A stretch of DNA of 38,412 nt from a virus: UHGV virus genome UHGV-0246730, one strand, 5' to 3'. Below are positions 36,107 through 38,412 of this stretch, piece by piece. Positions within the stretch are counted from its first letter, which is position 1, and each line of letters opens with the position of its first letter. The position numbers were made by a program, and so were the translations under genes. The notes under the pieces are model-generated. The model was not told the origin of the DNA. It did no database searches and saw only the letters and a list, made by a program, of their open reading frames with translations.

Positions 36107-36235
36107 TTACTTCCCCTTCTTCTTGGACTTGGCTTTCCGCTTTAGGAGCTTCTTTATCAGTGTGATGGCTGTGAGGCTCAGGACTGCGGTTTCGGCCAGG
36201 TCCTTTATGATGGCGACTATATCTTGCCAGTGCAT
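36107..36235 (-). CDS. 42-aa hydrophobic peptide with basic tail, type I toxin-like (not in ORF track)
   Basis: RBS AAGGAGG; MHWQDIVAIIKDLAETAVLSLTAITLIKKLLKRKAKSKKKGK*. Confidence 0.6.
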   Translation of the reverse strand: MHWQDIVAIIKDLAETAVLSLTAITLIKKLLKRKAKSKKKGK

Positions 36236-36268
36236 TGACCATTCCTCCTTTCTTTTTAAGATGTATAT

Positions 36269-36297
36269 AGTATAGCACGTTATTACGTGCTTGTCAA
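36269..36297 (-). promoter_or_regulatory. Promoter with palindromic operator in the spacer
   Basis: TTGACA-17-TATACT; AGCACGT-TATT-ACGTGCT at 36274-36291. Confidence 0.8.
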
Positions 36298-36390
36298 TAC
36301 CTTTTTTGCAAAATAATCCAAAAAATTTTTAGGGCCTTCTGAGGGTCCTTTTTTGATGCTCGCAAAACCGACGATAGGAGATGATGAGAG

Positions 36391-37086
36391 TTGGCGAGAG
36401 CACCAGACGAGCGAATTGAGCAAGCAAAAGCCATGTATCTAAATGGGCAAAAATTAGTTGAGATAGCAAAGCAGTTGAACCTTCCGGAGGGGACGGTTCG
36501 GCGCTGGAAATGTACGAATAAATGGGAGAGCGAACGTTCGGAAAAGAATAGCGAACGTTCAAAAAGGAAGCGCGGCGCGCAGCCAGGGAATAAGAATAGC
36601 GCAGGCGGACCTGTAGGAAATACAAAAGCAGAAAAATTTGGTTTTTTTCGGAAGTACCTTCCGGGGGAGACGGTTTCGATCATCGAGGAGATGCCGAAAG
36701 ACCCATTGGATATCCTTTGGGATCAAATCCAAATCGCCTACGCCGCCATTATTCGGGCGCAGACGATTATGTATGTAAAAGATCGGAACGACAAGACGAT
36801 AGAAAAGGTTGGGGAGAAATCTGGGAAAGTTTTGGGGGAAGAATGGGAAGTCCAGCACGCTTGGGATAAGCAAGGGAGCTTTTTGCAGGCACAGGCAAGG
36901 GCGCAAAAAACGTTGGAAGGTATGATTAATCGCTACGAAGAGCTCCTGCATAAAAATTGGGAAGCTGCCAGCGAGGAGCAAAAAGCTAGAATTGGCAAGA
37001 TCAAGGCGCAGACGGATAGATTAACTGGCGATAATCAAGAGGTCGAAGACCTGGACGAAATAGAGAGTGAGATTTATGGGGGTTAA
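36391..37086 (+). CDS. terS: Terminase small subunit
   Basis: N-terminal HTH (LVEIAKQLNLPEGTVRRWK), GAQPGNKN, DILWDQIQIAYAAIIRAQ; upstream of terL. Confidence 0.88.
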   Translation: MARAPDERIEQAKAMYLNGQKLVEIAKQLNLPEGTVRRWKCTNKWESERSEKNSERSKRKRGAQPGNKNSAGGPVGNTKAEKFGFFRKYLPGETVSIIEEMPKDPLDILWDQIQIAYAAIIRAQTIMYVKDRNDKTIEKVGEKSGKVLGEEWEVQHAWDKQGSFLQAQARAQKTLEGMINRYEELLHKNWEAASEEQKARIGKIKAQTDRLTGDNQEVEDLDEIESEIYGG

Positions 37087-38412
37087 GCGAAAACGATCTA
37101 TCCCTTTTCGCTTCTCGGAAAAACACAAGGAGTACATTCGTCGATGCGCATTTAACGCTTATAATGTCGCAGAGGGTGCCGTTCGTGCGGGAAAAACAGT
37201 GGATAATGTTTTTGCTTTTGCTCATGATCTCAAAACGACGCCCGATAGAATCCATTTGGCTACAGGCTCCACGATGGCGAATGCAAAGCTTAACATTGGA
37301 GATGCAAACGGTTTTGGGCTTGAGTATATTTTTAGGGGACAATGCAATTGGGGTAAGTATAAAGATAATGAGGCATTGTTTGTTAAGGGGCCTGACACTA
37401 AAAATCGGCAAAAGATTGTAATCTTTGCGGGAGCCGCGAAAGAGGACAGTTATAAAAAAATTCGAGGCAATTCCTACGGGATGTGGATTGCAACGGAGAT
37501 CAATCTGCATCACGACAACATGATTAAAGAGGCGTTCAATCGGCAGCTGGCCGCCAACCGGCCTAAGGTTTTCTGGGATCTGAATCCAGATAACCCTAAA
37601 GCTGCAATTTATTCCCAGTATATTGACAAGTACAAGGACCAGGCGGAGGCGGGAAATTTCCCAGGTGGTTACAACTACATGCACTGTACCATTTACGACA
37701 ATATTAATATTACGCCGGAACGGCTGCATGAGATTGAGAGCCGCTATGATAAAAACAGTATCTGGTATCTACGGGACATCAAGGGGCAGAGGATCGTTGC
37801 AAATGGGCTGATTTATCGGCGCTTTGCGGATGATACCAGCACAAAGCAATTTACCTATCGACTTGAGGATAAGCCAAAAGACATCGCCGAAATCGTTCTG
37901 GGGATTGACTTTGGCGGGAACGGTTCTGGACATTCTTTTACAGCGACCGCGATTACGCGGGGATTCCAAAATGTCATTGTATTGGCGTCGGAATGGATCA
38001 GCTGCCACGAGGAGGAGATTGACCCGGAGGAGCTTGGAAAACGTTTTTGTAATTTCGTGCAAAAAATCTTGAGCCGATACGGTTATATCACAATCGTTTA
38101 CGCAGATAGTGAAGCGCAAACCCTGATTGTTGGAATTCGGAGTAGCCTGCGCAAGCATGGTCTGGGCTGGATTCGGGTAGACAACGCTCTAAAAACCACG
38201 GTCAATGACCGAATCGATGCTACAGCCATCTTGATGGCACAAGGACGCTTTTATTATGTCGGAAACGACTGTCAAAGCCTGGTGAATGCGCTTTGCACGG
38301 CGGTTTGGAATCCCAAAGAGGTCACAAAAAATGAGCGATTGGATGACGGCACAAGCGATATTGACAGCTTGGACAGCTTCGAATATACCTTTGAACGTTA
38401 TATCAGTCGCTT
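37076..38412 (+). CDS. terL: Terminase large subunit (absent from ORF track; ends at 16 after circularisation)
   Basis: MGVKRKRSIPF...Walker A GAVRAGKT, IATEIN, WDLNPDNP, GIDFGGNGS nuclease motif, DDGTSDIDSLDSFEY. Confidence 0.92.
   Translation, partial: MGVKRKRSIPFRFSEKHKEYIRRCAFNAYNVAEGAVRAGKTVDNVFAFAHDLKTTPDRIHLATGSTMANAKLNIGDANGFGLEYIFRGQCNWGKYKDNEALFVKGPDTKNRQKIVIFAGAAKEDSYKKIRGNSYGMWIATEINLHHDNMIKEAFNRQLAANRPKVFWDLNPDNPKAAIYSQYIDKYKDQAEAGNFPGGYNYMHCTIYDNINITPERLHEIESRYDKNSIWYLRDIKGQRIVANGLIYRRFADDTSTKQFTYRLEDKPKDIAEIVLGIDFGGNGSGHSFTATAITRGFQNVIVLASEWISCHEEEIDPEELGKRFCNFVQKILSRYGYITIVYADSEAQTLIVGIRSSLRKHGLGWIRVDNALKTTVNDRIDATAILMAQGRFYYVGNDCQSLVNALCTAVWNPKEVTKNERLDDGTSDIDSLDSFEYTFERYISR

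Noticed and set aside
36045..36278. 77-aa minus-strand ORF from the track
   Set aside because: It starts inside the promoter; the overlapping 42-aa frame (36107-36235) has the properly spaced RBS and a coherent sequence
37001..38158. Several short ORFs listed in the track on both strands
   Set aside because: They are shadows of terL, which the track missed because its stop codon lies across the window junction

Overview
This window appears to be a complete, circularly closed genome (38,412 bp) of a temperate siphovirus of a Firmicutes host, probably Clostridia. The terminase large subunit starts at 37076, runs off the right end and finishes in frame at positions 1-16, and an intact attP-like site lies beside the integrase. 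Gene order: portal, minor head protein, scaffold, capsid, head-tail joining, tail, baseplate/RBP and lysis (1-16335); a radical-SAM gene; a leftward accessory island (17240-20510); attP, tyrosine integrase, lipoprotein and lysogeny switch (20600-24720); early, recombination and replication genes with a primase-polymerase/helicase and an iteron-rich origin (24770-33450); late activator, an Acb2/Tad1-like small gene, a possible type I toxin cassette, terS and terL. Most interesting: (i) a probable anti-defence island of three very acidic small proteins, a catalytically degenerate HTH-LAGLIDADG protein and an AbrB-fold regulator, driven by two near-identical palindrome-containing promoters and ending in a stand-alone structured ~67-nt RNA that may mimic an abiF-type RNA antitoxin; (ii) a 41-aa ORF with a LexA box, convergent on a repressor that lacks a self-cleaving domain; (iii) a candidate immune-signal sponge. 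All family assignments come from motif recognition by eye, with no database searches.
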